A DNA stretch of 64,000 bases, from NCBI GenBank assembly GCA_026023565.1, contig JAPETS010000001.1:372001-436000 (forward strand), read 5' to 3'. The notes under the pieces are model-generated. The model was not told the DNA's origin. It saw only the letters and a list, made by a program, of their open reading frames with translations, and did not search any database. Made by a program: the position numbers and the translations under genes. Positions 23,648-34,895 of the stretch are shown piece after piece (the first letter of the stretch is position 1; every line of letters begins with the position of its first letter). This DNA comes from Cirrosporium novae-zelandiae (lineage: Eukaryota).

Positions 23648-25453
23648 CTACAGCCCTACTTTCCTAGCAACCCAATGGCTAACGCGATACTCTTGCACGA
23701 GCATGCTCTCACTATCACCAATATACCCCGTCCTGCCGTCCCCATCTTCCGCGCCCGAAACCTCGTGGCTCTCAACCACAAAGCCCATGCGGGCCACACA
23801 TTCCAAGACCTCCTCATCCGTGAGCTCCACGCACCCGGCCTCGGCGATGCCCAAGCTCCCCCAGTCTTCATCCTTCTTCACTTTCATCTTCAGCTTCTCG
23901 TTCTGGCCAATGGGGTGCACGCCCGCGCCATCGAAATGCCACATCAGCGGGCCGACATTCGCCCAGATGCCACCCGGCACGAGGACGTTGTGGACGCACT
24001 CGATGGCGCGGAGGACGTTGGGGAGGGTGTCGATGAAGAAGCTTGTTAGCACTACGGCGTAGCGGGAGCGGTTTGTGGGGGAGGAGTAGGCTGAGACAAA
24101 GTCTGCAGCTGTCATGGACATAGTGCCACCTTTTTGGCCGTCAAGGAGTTGGGTTTGGGGGGTCGGAGCGGGTTTTTCTGTGGTTTTGGTGTTGACGTCG
24201 GTGCTGGGAGGGTCCTCCTTGATGTTTGGGTTTGGACTAGATGAGTCTTCCAGACGGGTGAGTTCTATCCCCGGGCATATATCTGGAATTTTGACGCATT
24301 GCAATTGTCCTTTATTTTCCCTCCTGGAGATCTGATTTGTGAAGCCGCTCACGAACGGGAACAGGGTGTAGGGGCCCTCCATTACATTGAGCGCCCAGTT
24401 GGACGCCAACAGCGCATGATAGGAGATGTCGTTTCCCTCTGCAGAAAACCCGAGCCGGCAGACCTCAAACAGTAGACGGCCCAAGCCCGCGCCGGGAACG
24501 AGGACCTGGATCTCACTGCGGCGGGAAGAAGCTGGGAATTCGTGGATCAGGTCGAGGAGGAGGGGCCTGTAGCAGACGTTGCGTTCGTGGATGCCGGCGG
24601 CGGACCAGTCACGGTAGAACTGGGCGACTGTGGTGCGGGATTTGGAATGGTCGGATGGGGTTGCGGTGCTGCGCCAGTCGTAGGCGTACTCTTCTATTTC
24701 GTCTTCCGGTGGGTCGTCTTCTGTTGCTGGTATTGTTGCAGCTGGGGTTGGATTTGAGAATTCACATGCCTCTTTCAGACCCAAGCCCCGGATTGCGAGC
24801 ATGTGGATCTCTTCGGCGATTTCAGCGTTAGTGTCGATGGCATCGTCGATAGATGTGAGTCTGTCTAGAAGAGAGATTGGTTGCGATGAGAGGAGGGCTT
24901 GATGTTGTAGAGGGAGGGCGTAGAATGCTTGACGGCGAAGGTGGGTGAGCGTTAGGTGATTGTGACGACGGTATTGCCTGGGGGATATGAAGTTAGTTTT
25001 GGTTTCTGATAAAGACCTCTTAACTTCAGCTCGTCATCCACAGTATAGTAGTCGAAGGACTTCGGATTCCTCTCAAAAAATTTTCATATATCTTTCGAAG
25101 ATGATCCTCCGATCTGATGAATAAATGCTTACTTCAAGCAATAAGGAATTTTCAACCTTAAAGGGACAAACATCTACTTCTCATCCCCAGCGGTTTTGAG
25201 CGGAGACTTATACATAGGAAAGAGAGCAAACGCAAAAATGTCACCAATCCAACATGAAATACAAAACCTAATAGCTAGACTCCAAATAAAAGGGAGAATA
25301 ACATTAAAATAAACCCAAGATCAAAAATACTCACTTGAACGAGTCAATTGCAGCATAGAGCACCTTCGTCTCCTCCGGATCCGAAAACGGATCATGTGGA
25401 TTTCTCCACTCCCCACTACCTTCACTAATACCATCATCATCTCTTTCTCCCAT
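23648..25453 (-). CDS. CARNMT1: Carnosine N-methyltransferase / N2227-like SAM-dependent methyltransferase
   Basis: Exon 1 ...DPFSDPEETKVLYAAIDSFK, intron 24978-25334, then QFYRDWS..G..ER, VLVPGAGLGRL, EGNDISY, TSFFIDT, GGIWANVGPLMWHF. Confidence 0.92.
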
Positions 25454-25874
25454 TATTCAGGAGATATCCAAGGTTCAGTATATATTCTATTGAAAACCCC
25501 GGTCGGTCAGTCGGTCAGCTAGTTAGTCAATTGAGAAGCAAGTGCAACAGTACTTTGGTGCAGCAAGGAAATTGGAAATATAATCATTCAATAGCTTATG
25601 CACACAGAAAAGGACGGGAAGAAGTAAACTTCTTGATCTTCAGGAATGATCTTCAGGAATAACAACACAGCACAGCACAACATCAGCCGGTCCCCGGGGC
25701 GGGGGTGGAGCGGACAAAGTAAGCAGGAACTTCTGTGGTTTGGAAGTATGTAGATAGATATCCGTTATCGATAAGCAATCCCCTACTACTTCTCTTCTAC
25801 AGTACTGTGTGGTACAGACAAATGTCAAACTTATCAACAAAGGAAGCCTCTACAGGTCCAATTCAAAAGAAACT

Positions 25875-26390
25875 ATGTCAACTACAACCCGGCCATCGTC
25901 CTCATCTGACCTCAAGCACACCACCCTCTCCCTCCCGGTTCCGACCGTCCTCCCAACATCAACCCTACACCTCCATTTAACCTACTACCCAACCCATACG
26001 CCCTCGTCCCCCCCATCTCTCCTTCTCTTCATAACGACCACACCCCTCACCTCTAGCCCCTCTCAATCAAGCCCGATGGGCTCATTCGTTTACGCAATCC
26101 CCTCTTCCGTAAGTACCTTTGACCCCTCCTTAAACAGACCTTTCCAAACTAACCCCCCCCTCCAGCTTCTAAACACAAACAACAAAACAATCCTCACAAC
26201 CCCCCTCTATACCGTCCCTTCGAATATCGATCTCACCAACCGTGTTGCAACTGCCCTGGCACATAAGCTCGGCGCCCCCGTTTGGGTTGGGTGTAGTGTT
26301 GATTTTGGGTTTGGGGGACAAGATGTGGGCGAGATGGATGTGCTGAGAGGGGTTTTAGCGGCAGTGGGGGCTGAAGAGGAGGGAAAGTGA
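25875..26390 (+). CDS. Small protein resembling proteasome assembly chaperone 4 (PAC4/PSMG4/Poc4)
   Basis: Short beta-rich sequence LHLHLT..LLLFITT..MGSFVYAIP..TTPLY..DLTNRVATALAHKLGAPVWVGCS; intron 26109-26165 (GTAAGT..CTAAC..CAG). Confidence 0.7.
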   Translation: MSTTTRPSSSSDLKHTTLSLPVPTVLPTSTLHLHLTYYPTHTPSSPPSLLLFITTTPLTSSPSQSSPMGSFVYAIPSSVSTFDPSLNRPFQTNPPLQLLNTNNKTILTTPLYTVPSNIDLTNRVATALAHKLGAPVWVGCSVDFGFGGQDVGEMDVLRGVLAAVGAEEEGK

Positions 26391-27048
26391 GGAGAGAGGT
26401 TAGAGATTAATGATGATAATTGGATGAATATGTGGTACTTCTCAGAGGTTATTGCCATCTACCCTACATAAACCCGAGAGAGGATCGGAAAAATAGAAAT
26501 GAAAGAGGATATCATTATTGGTCTATGGAAAATTCATGATGGTAAGTGGATCTGGTATAAAAAACCCAGATACCGAAGGTGTCAGAAACAAGGCTTTCTA
26601 TCCTCAAAAATGACAACCTGTTATGTCAGAAGAAAGAGGAGAGCTTAAGGCTTGACCTAGTACAAGAGTAGGAGATTAGCTAGTAAGAGATCCCGATCCC
26701 TTTGATGGAAATGGTCAGAGTACTGCAACATAACGAGAGAAAAATCTACAGATAGAAGCTCCTAAGACAAGCCAAAAAAGAAAATATACATATTAGAATC
26801 ATGGCACAAAAGGATTTTCCTCCCCCAAAAACTTTAATTTAATTAACTAGCTACCCAGGTATTGATATTCATATCAAAAAGTATTTTTTTTCGTATTCAT
26901 GAGCTTCTTTCTTGAGTATGCATTGCGCAATATTTCATGAATTCCAAAACGCCATCATGATAAAACCCACAACTCCAAGGCGAATATACCAGTAAGCAGC
27001 CGCTTACTTCCTATCCCATTTCCCTCTCTTCCTTATTTCCATTCCGCC

Positions 27049-27978
27049 TTACTCAATGTCGACCTTCTTAATTTCGACAAATCCCTTATTCAGCTTCGGT
27101 ATGGTGACAATCAAAATTCCATCTTCCATCTTGGCCTTGATGCCCTCCGCATCGACCTGTGCAGGATTGGCTCTGCTTCCCAATCTCACTTTCCGTTCGA
27201 AGACACCGACGTTCCGCTCGTCCAATGCTAATGTCTTCAGGAAGTCCTCATTACCAGGTCGGTAGATGACGCCGGCAACACTAAGCTCCGACTTATCGAC
27301 GTCCCAGTTGACACCTACGTCTTCTTTCTTTGCACCAGGCAAGGAGAGGTGGAGGATGTAGTCCTCCTCGGTGTCAAAAACGTCACAGGGGGGAGTGAAG
27401 GATTTTTCCTCGCCTCCTTCCATCTTTGCCTCGCCGTCCTCTGGCATTCCAAATTGTGATTTGAACGCCTCGATCAGTTTGTTGATATCAAATCCAGCTC
27501 CTTGTCCGCCCCAGCTGCCTCTCCATGCCTCAGGATCGAATCCTGGGCCTCCCCAGCCAAATGGACCGAAGCCTCCTCTACGGCTGCCAAATGATCCAGG
27601 GCCTCCACAGTGTCCACCTCGGCGACCCCATGGTCCGCCCCAGCCGCCCCAGCCGCCTCGTCCGCGGCGATGGGGCCCACCGTGTGGACCATGACCGTGA
27701 GGGCCTGGTGGTGGAGGACTTGCACCTGCAGGTGGGGGTGGATGGCCTTCGAAGCCAGGAGGTGGTGGGGGTGGTGGGCCTTCGCCATCGAACGGGGGAG
27801 GTGGGGGCATTGGACCTTCACCACCAGGTGGTGGCGGTGGTGGCGGGTAATCACCGTCGCGAGATCCTTCAGGGTTGTTGTAGGCGTTGGAGAATGGGTG
27901 TTGCCAGCCCTGAGATTCGAGATTTGCAAGGAAGTCCCAAAATGGGGCAGATTGGTTGTAGTAGCGAATTGAAGGCAT
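27049..27978 (-). CDS. Small heat-shock protein (Hsp20/alpha-crystallin domain) with Pro/Gly/Arg-rich N-terminus
   Basis: FTPPCDVFDTEEDYILHLSLPG..KEDV..ERNVGVFERKVRL..IKAKMEDGILIVTIPK and terminal KKVDIE (I-x-I-type motif). TATATAA upstream at about 28126-28132 on the minus strand. Confidence 0.93.
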   Translation of the reverse strand: MPSIRYYNQSAPFWDFLANLESQGWQHPFSNAYNNPEGSRDGDYPPPPPPPGGEGPMPPPPPFDGEGPPPPPPPGFEGHPPPPAGASPPPPGPHGHGPHGGPHRRGRGGWGGWGGPWGRRGGHCGGPGSFGSRRGGFGPFGWGGPGFDPEAWRGSWGGQGAGFDINKLIEAFKSQFGMPEDGEAKMEGGEEKSFTPPCDVFDTEEDYILHLSLPGAKKEDVGVNWDVDKSELSVAGVIYRPGNEDFLKTLALDERNVGVFERKVRLGSRANPAQVDAEGIKAKMEDGILIVTIPKLNKGFVEIKKVDIE

Positions 27979-29617
27979 GATTGCTGTTTGTTGGTATGTG
28001 AAGAATTGTTATGGCCGTTTCGTTTGTGTTGGTTGATTCTGCTTGAGAGGTAGTATAGTAGGTAGAGATGATTGAATGATGAGAATGATAGAGAGAGGAT
28101 GAGATTTGTACAGAAAGGCCAGCAATTATATAGAGGATACAATCAGGCAGGCAACAATAAAAGAAAGCGTACGTATGTCTATGTGCCACAACGCCACATC
28201 AGTCATCCATTCATGTACGTCTGTTTAACAGAAGAGATGGTCCAAGAAATCAATAGAAACATCACAAAGCTGTTGTCAAACCTGATATCTACAAAATTGT
28301 TGAAGATGCCTAAGTTCAGGCAACTGGAAAAACACGTTGGTTATTGGATGGTCGTGGAAGATTTTGTGTTCAATTCGGGTCCGAGGTGCAGGAACACGCA
28401 AGCCGAGGGGAGCCTCTAAGGCAAGTCAAGCCACAACTTGGAGGGAAGATCTGCAGTGGCACAGGTACAGAAATGTAAAGACAATAACGATGAACCATGA
28501 CTGGCTGAGGGAAGGAAAGGTGAGTGGCGATGACTTTCTTAGTCTTGTCTTTAGACCGATGTGCCCGAGGGAGAGAAAGAGAGAGAAATGGAAAAGACGG
28601 AATAACTTACTGGGGTTGGGGGATTATGGTGGACCAAGCAAGTCACATGACATATCTTCCAAGTACAGTACCTCCCCACCCAGGTAGGTACCCAAGAAAT
28701 ATGCTAACAACGGAAAAATAATATTTCCTTTTCTCCTCCTCTTCTTCTCCTTCTCCTTCTCCTTCTTCTTCATCATCATTATCATCACATGTTTTGTTGG
28801 TCCAGGGGTAACAAAGAAAGAAAAAGAATAAACAAAAAAAGAACACCAACTGTTCTCGTCAAGTTTTGAGCAAAATTGTGCGACGTAGGCTACTCCCCAG
28901 GCGTCTCATATGTAAAAAGGACTCGTCAGGTATTTCTCCCACTTCCCTCACTTTTCTTACCCAATAGTTTATTTAGTTAATCAGAGCCATCAATAGATTC
29001 TAGAATATATGAATATTGAAACCATAATCACCCGTTTCCGATACTCAAATAAAGTGTTTCAATGACACCTCTGTTCCTGATGTTCCTGATGGGCAAATCG
29101 GATTTCTCTATACTCGAAACCAATGAAACCTCCGTCGTCGCTTAAGGCACATTAAACCCATATTGAGAAGAATTCTACTAACCAAAATATCTAGCGGAAC
29201 ATAGACCGAGATCAATGGTCAATTAATCTGATGTTTTGTTGTTCCAAAACGGAACACAATGGCGGCTTCCTATGCTCTATTCTTGCTCCATTCTCTTACC
29301 GTCTCTCTCTCCAGTTGGAACGTTGGAAACAAGGCTGGACCACCATTGCATCTCCCAAGGGGCCCTGCTCACTACATAAACATCATGGCTTCCTCCATCT
29401 GTCTTGATTCTTCCCTGCTCTTTACTTCATTGTCGACGACCTAAGTCTTTGAGACTCACCCTCTTTTTTCTAATTCAGTCATTCATTCACCAAGAAGCTG
29501 GGCTTCTTCTTGATTTATTCTCACTGTTACTATTTTTCGCGACCTACTTAAAAACCTACCTTCTCACATTCACTTATAGAAAAACCTGTTGCATCTGTAT
29601 TATATATATCCAACAAC

Positions 29618-32000
29618 ATGTTTCCAAGAATTTTGACGACCTCTATGGTCGCTCTCTCCCTCGGGAGCCGAGCTTTGGCGTCAGTGAAAATGGCTGGTGT
29701 CAATATTGCGGGGTAAGAAAATAATAGAGAAAAGGAACCAAGGTGAATTTTGACGCTGACAATATGGTATTAGTTTCGATTTTGGTACCGATACAACTGG
29801 TACTTGCACACTCTCGTCGGTCGAGCCTCCATTGGAGGCTGTTTCTGGCGTCGATGGTATCGGTCAGATGAAGCATTTCGTCAATGCTGATGGAATCAAC
29901 ACATTCCGTCTTCCTGTCAGTTGGCAATATTTGCTCGATGACACTCTTGGTGGTGACTTGAATGCCGACAATTATGCTGAATACAACACTCTCATGCAAG
30001 GTTGCTTGGACCTTGGTGCATACTGTATCATCGATATTCACAACTATGCCCGATGGGGTGGCAACCTCATTGGTTCTAGCTCTGGTCCAACCAACGCTCA
30101 ATTCGCTGACCTATGGTCTCAATTGGCCACCAAGTACGCTGATGAGGAGAAAGTCGTCATGGGTCTGATGAACGAACCCCATGATCTGACCGACCTTGAT
30201 TCTTGGGCTGAAGCTGTTCAAGCTGCTGTCACTGCTATCCGAACAGCCGGTGCCACATCTCAATACATTCTCCTCCCAGGTGATTCCTATACCAGTGCTG
30301 CTACCTTTGTCTCTGGCGGATCTGCCGCCGCTCTTTCCAATGTTACCAACTTGGACGGAACTACCACCAACCTAATCTACGATGTCCACAAGTATCTCGA
30401 CAGTGATAACTCTGGTACCAGCGCTACCTGCGTTAGCAACCAGATCTCCGATACCTTCGAGTCCCTTGCTAGCTATCTCAGCGAAAATAGCCGTATGGCT
30501 ATCCTTTCTGAGACCGGCGGTGGGTCTTCCGATTCTTCTTGCTTGACTGATGTCTGCGAGTTGGTTGCCTACCTTAATGAAAACTCCGATGTCTTCCTTG
30601 GTTATGCTGGTTGGGCTGCCGGTGCTTTTGCTACCGACTATGTTCTATCTCTGACCCCTTCTGGTTCCGCATCTGAGGGCTGGACTGATCAATCTCTCAT
30701 GCAATGCTTTGCCTCTAACTCTACCACGACATCCACAACTTCTGCCTCTGCTTCCGTTGTTGCTTCGACTTCTGCCGCTGCCGTTTCATCCGCTGCCGTT
30801 TCATCCGCTGCCGCCGCTACTTCGGCCGTTGCTGTATCTAGCGCTGCTGCTGCCGTTGCCGCCTCGTCTGTTGCCCAAGTTTCCTCTGTTGTCCTTGTAG
30901 CTGCTTCCTCTGCTACTCCATTTTCCACCCTTGTTGTCTCCGGTGGTGCTCATATGGGATCCGGTGCTCCAACTATGGCTTCCGGAAGTGGCGCACCAGT
31001 CATGGCTTCTGGAACTGGTATGCCAAACGCACCCTGGGGAACTGGCCTTGCCTCAACTGGCTTCTCCATGCCCACGGGACGCCCAGCTGGTAACTACTCT
31101 CTTGTCTCCCTTGCTGGAGCCAGCCAGACCAAGACCAAGTGCAGAGTCACTAGCACCATCACTCTCTCCAAGACTTCTGGCGCTGTCACTGCTGTCTCCA
31201 CTGCTGCTGCCGTGGCTGCCTCGTCAGCTGGTCTTACCTCCTCTGGAGTTGAAACCGTTCTTGCTACTGTCTCCTCCGGCAATGGTCAAACTGTCCAGAC
31301 CATCGTTCAAACCATCTATGCTTCCCAAACCGGTGCGAGCGTTGCTGCCACTTCTGCTGTCGCTGCTGTTGCCACCTCGGCCATCTCAGGCTTCCAAACC
31401 GTGGCTCGTTCCTCTAGCGCCGTTGCGGCCGTGAGCTCCATCGCCGGTGTTTCTACAGCTGCTGCTGTTGCTGCTGCTAGCTCCGCAGTTGCCGCCACTT
31501 CTGCCGTTGCTGCTACCTCTGCCGTTGCTGCTACCTCCGCTGCGGTCAGTTCCGCTGCTGCAGTTAGCACTGCCGCTTCTGGCACCAGCTACGTGATCCC
31601 CACTGTTGCCTGCACCGCAAGCTACTGCACAAGCTCCTGCACGGCCTCCTCCGCTGCAGCCACCTCCTCTGCCATCGTAGCTGTCTCCTCAGCTGAAGCT
31701 GTCGTTGCCACTTCCTCTGCTGCGCCTGTCGCCGCAACCTCAACCTCGGTCGCTGCCGTTGCTTCGAGCGCTGCCCCCGTAGCCGCCTCCTCGGCGGCTG
31801 CTACATCCGTCCAGGCTGCCACCTCTGCTGCAAGCACTGGTTCCGCCACAACAACTTCCGTCGGCTCAACCGCTAGCTCTACTTCCTCGGTCTGCTCTAG
31901 CAGCAAGAGACTCAGGTCCCGTGCCGTCAGGCGCTCGGCCACAAGCAGGAGGAGCATGTACAAGGCTTCCACAAGGAAGATGGTCAAGAGGGCTATGTAA
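29618..32000 (+). CDS. Secreted glycoside hydrolase family 5 endoglucanase (GH5_5-like) with long Ser/Ala/Thr tail
   Basis: Signal peptide MFPRILTTSMVALSLGSRALA, AGVNIAG/FDFG across intron about 29713-29773, FRLPVSWQ, IIDIHNYARW, acid/base MNEPH, DVHKYLD, nucleophile LSETGGG, WAAG. Confidence 0.93.
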
Positions 32001-32469
32001 ATAGTTGATTGTCTTTTTTAGATGAACATGGGATGTGATTTGATGTTCACAATGCGTGTGTGTCTAGGTGTTTATGAAGAAACAAACCAAACATGGTTGC
32101 GTAAAGAGCCACAAAGAGAATTTCTATGTATATATATTTTTTTATCAAAATTTAGTTAACAAGGCTAGCTAGGTGCCTGAATTCCCTCATGCTTTTGGAA
32201 TGGTAGGGGGAATGGGGCGCAGAACAAAACAAAAGACGGTTCTTTGGGATGATTATTTTTTTATTTAATTATTTAGTCTGTAATTCGCAAAACATAAGAA
32301 TCATAATATCTTACGCCACAAGCGAGGTCTGAGCATAACACAGGCTTTTAATACGTCTATTATAGTAGCTGCAAGAAAGATTATAACAAACGCCTTTAAA
32401 TACATACAATACTACCATGTGGACTTGAATTTTCCGAGCGTTTCCGAGTGCTCTAGGCTAGTCCTACTT

Positions 32470-33480
32470 TTTCTCTCTTGAGATTCTCAGTCCGATTTTT
32501 TCTCTTTCGTTTAGCATTGGGTGCGGCGCTCCTATAAATTCTTTGTCGGAGGGATACAGTGAGAAATAAGCTCCCAAGATAGCTGCTACGGGGAATAGTT
32601 TAGGCTTTTGTAGAAATGCAAATTGGTGCTCTAGATGTCTGCTACAGGGGTCTGCCATATGATGGAATGGACTTTGGTTATAAACTGAAATTCGTTTGTC
32701 CACTCAAAAAGTATGGTCATGAATACGGAATATGCAAAACTATGGATGGCATATACAGAACGTATTGCGACGTCGGTTGGCCCTTTCAATATAGTTATAT
32801 CCATGCTTTTTTAAAGCCACCAATACTTCATGCAGATGAGCATTATAATGTGCGATTCGTCTAGATAGTCCTGTGGTTCCTGTTGAGATGTAATTGTCGC
32901 AAAAGGCACGGAAAAGTACGAGTGTTAAGGATTTGTAGCTAGTTAACCCCTATGAACGGTGGCTAAATGGTCTTCCCATTCATCTCTAGTCTGCGGCTGT
33001 GGTGGATTATTCAAAGATGGGAATTTACCGTATTTGCATAAGGACGGAGCCATTCTATAGGTGTGCTGTAGTAGTTCGTGTATAATTCACGAGTGTTGCA
33101 TGACTGACTATACGAGAAGCATGTTTGTCAAGATCCGTTCCAGAAAGAAGTTGCATGTTCTTAGGACACTCTTCTTCATTTCGACAGTGTTGCTCTTGTC
33201 GCTTCGTTTTTTGGGCAGCTCTTTGTTCGTGGGCTTGCTTTAGATGATCGATCAACTGCCTGGATTTGTGCCAATGGCATTGTTAACTTGAACCTGGTTG
33301 CAGGTATATTTTCGTGGACTTGCACAGTAAAGACCACGGATCAACCACAAAGGATAATTAAATCGAGTCTAGGTGATCGAAAATAAAAGACCGAGAATGT
33401 ATGCATTAGACAGAACGAGATCGACGAAGGTTGAAATTCCCAAATTAGTTCAGTTTGCTTGGTGAAAGTGAGAAAGCGCC
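32470..33480 (-). pseudogene. Frameshifted, stop-ridden multi-zinc-finger coding relic; resembles the C-terminal region of DUF3435 tyrosine-recombinase proteins
   Basis: Successive minus-strand fragments: CHWHKSRQLIDHLKQAH; HCRNEEECPK..DLDKH; LCKYGKFP..TRDEWEDHLATVH; FRAFCDNYI..RIAHYNAHL..HP*FCIFRIHD..KRI..RHLEH, linked by frameshifts. Family assignment is inference. Confidence 0.55.
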
Positions 33481-34895
33481 ATCATCGAGTCCTTCCCTAC
33501 TCTAACGTGCCTTTTTCATACATACATACCTTAAACATAACCGAGAGAAACCAACCCGAGATTGAGCTTTAAAATAATGGAATTCATAAAGTTGATAAGA
33601 TAATAGCTCCTCATAAGGAAGCTTGAAGAGAGGAATGAACGTGAAAGAAATGAAGAAGTGAATACCCAAGAAAAGAAGCACAGACTAATGGGATACATAC
33701 CGTTCGAGTTTTGCGCTCAAGGCTCTGTGGTAAATTTGTGACTATTAATACTTGAGTGCTGACAATTCAATTTAGGGGTGTAATTTTATTTGCACAGCTT
33801 TCAGCTGCGTCCTGCATAGACTTCTACATAGGTGGAAAATGTTAATACAAAAAGAAAGGGCAAGTTACTGATGGCTGTGAAGATTGCTTTCGAAAGTATA
33901 TAAATGGCTGTTAGTTGTGCTGGTGGCCTGGGAAAAAACTATTTTCCGGCCCGTAGACTCTGGGAGGCCTTGAAACATTATTTTGATCCATGTCGGATTC
34001 GTTGTTAAGAGGATTTGTTGAAAGACTAGCACATACCAAGTAGATGGTAAACACATGAACATGGTTTTCGGGGCTCATTGCAGGGAACATGGGTGCTTAT
34101 TGCTTTCTCATCTTGGTTGTTCTTCAGCGCAATCTGCAAGGTAAAAACAATGCCGCGGTACTATGCGACGGCCCCTGACAGGATTAAAGGGTCCCACGTC
34201 ATCCCAAGATCATCTTACTTCTACTCAGCCGCTCAGCCTACGGTATTCAACTTCAGGGGATACTCAGACTGAGTGGGGATGACTGTTGGTGCTAAGTCAA
34301 GATTAGGTTGCAGGGCATAATATATTTAAATCTATATCCTTCGCATAGCTATATTTATTTCCTTCATCCAAATTCCGAAGGACATTGTAGTATCATCTAT
34401 TTAATACATCTTCCTTTCTTGTATTGTCATTTAATAAACCATACGAATTTTGATTTGTATTATTCCAAGATATTGATTAATCCAACACGATGACCCTAAG
34501 ACACAAAAAGTCGTCCGTCTTTTCAAACTTTATGAAACGTGTTGCCGGCACGACCAAAAGCGAAGACAAAAGTTGGGCTTAACCTTTCTTAGGACTCCTA
34601 TTCTTTCCCTCCACAAGAAGTTATCTCCTGCAGCCGAAGTTCCAACGGTTGAACTCTGTCGCATCGTCATAACTACAAATCATCACTGCCAAAGACTCGT
34701 TTGCCTGGCCTGTTTGTGGCGCATGATCGATCCTCCGCCTCTATATCCTCTGAGAAGCCCTCAGCTGCTCACCTGGTCTAGCCTTGCAGATATGTGGAAT
34801 CCCAAATCTGGCATTGTCCGTTGATCTCTCGTCTCACACATTTCCCCCTTTCCTGAACCGCATTAAATTTTGTAACTATTCTGAGTAAGGGAAGC

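Noticed and set aside
25114..25150. Hammerhead ribozyme core (CTGATGA followed by a small hairpin)
   Set aside because: No GAAA after stem II, no stems I/III, and it is antisense to the host transcript.
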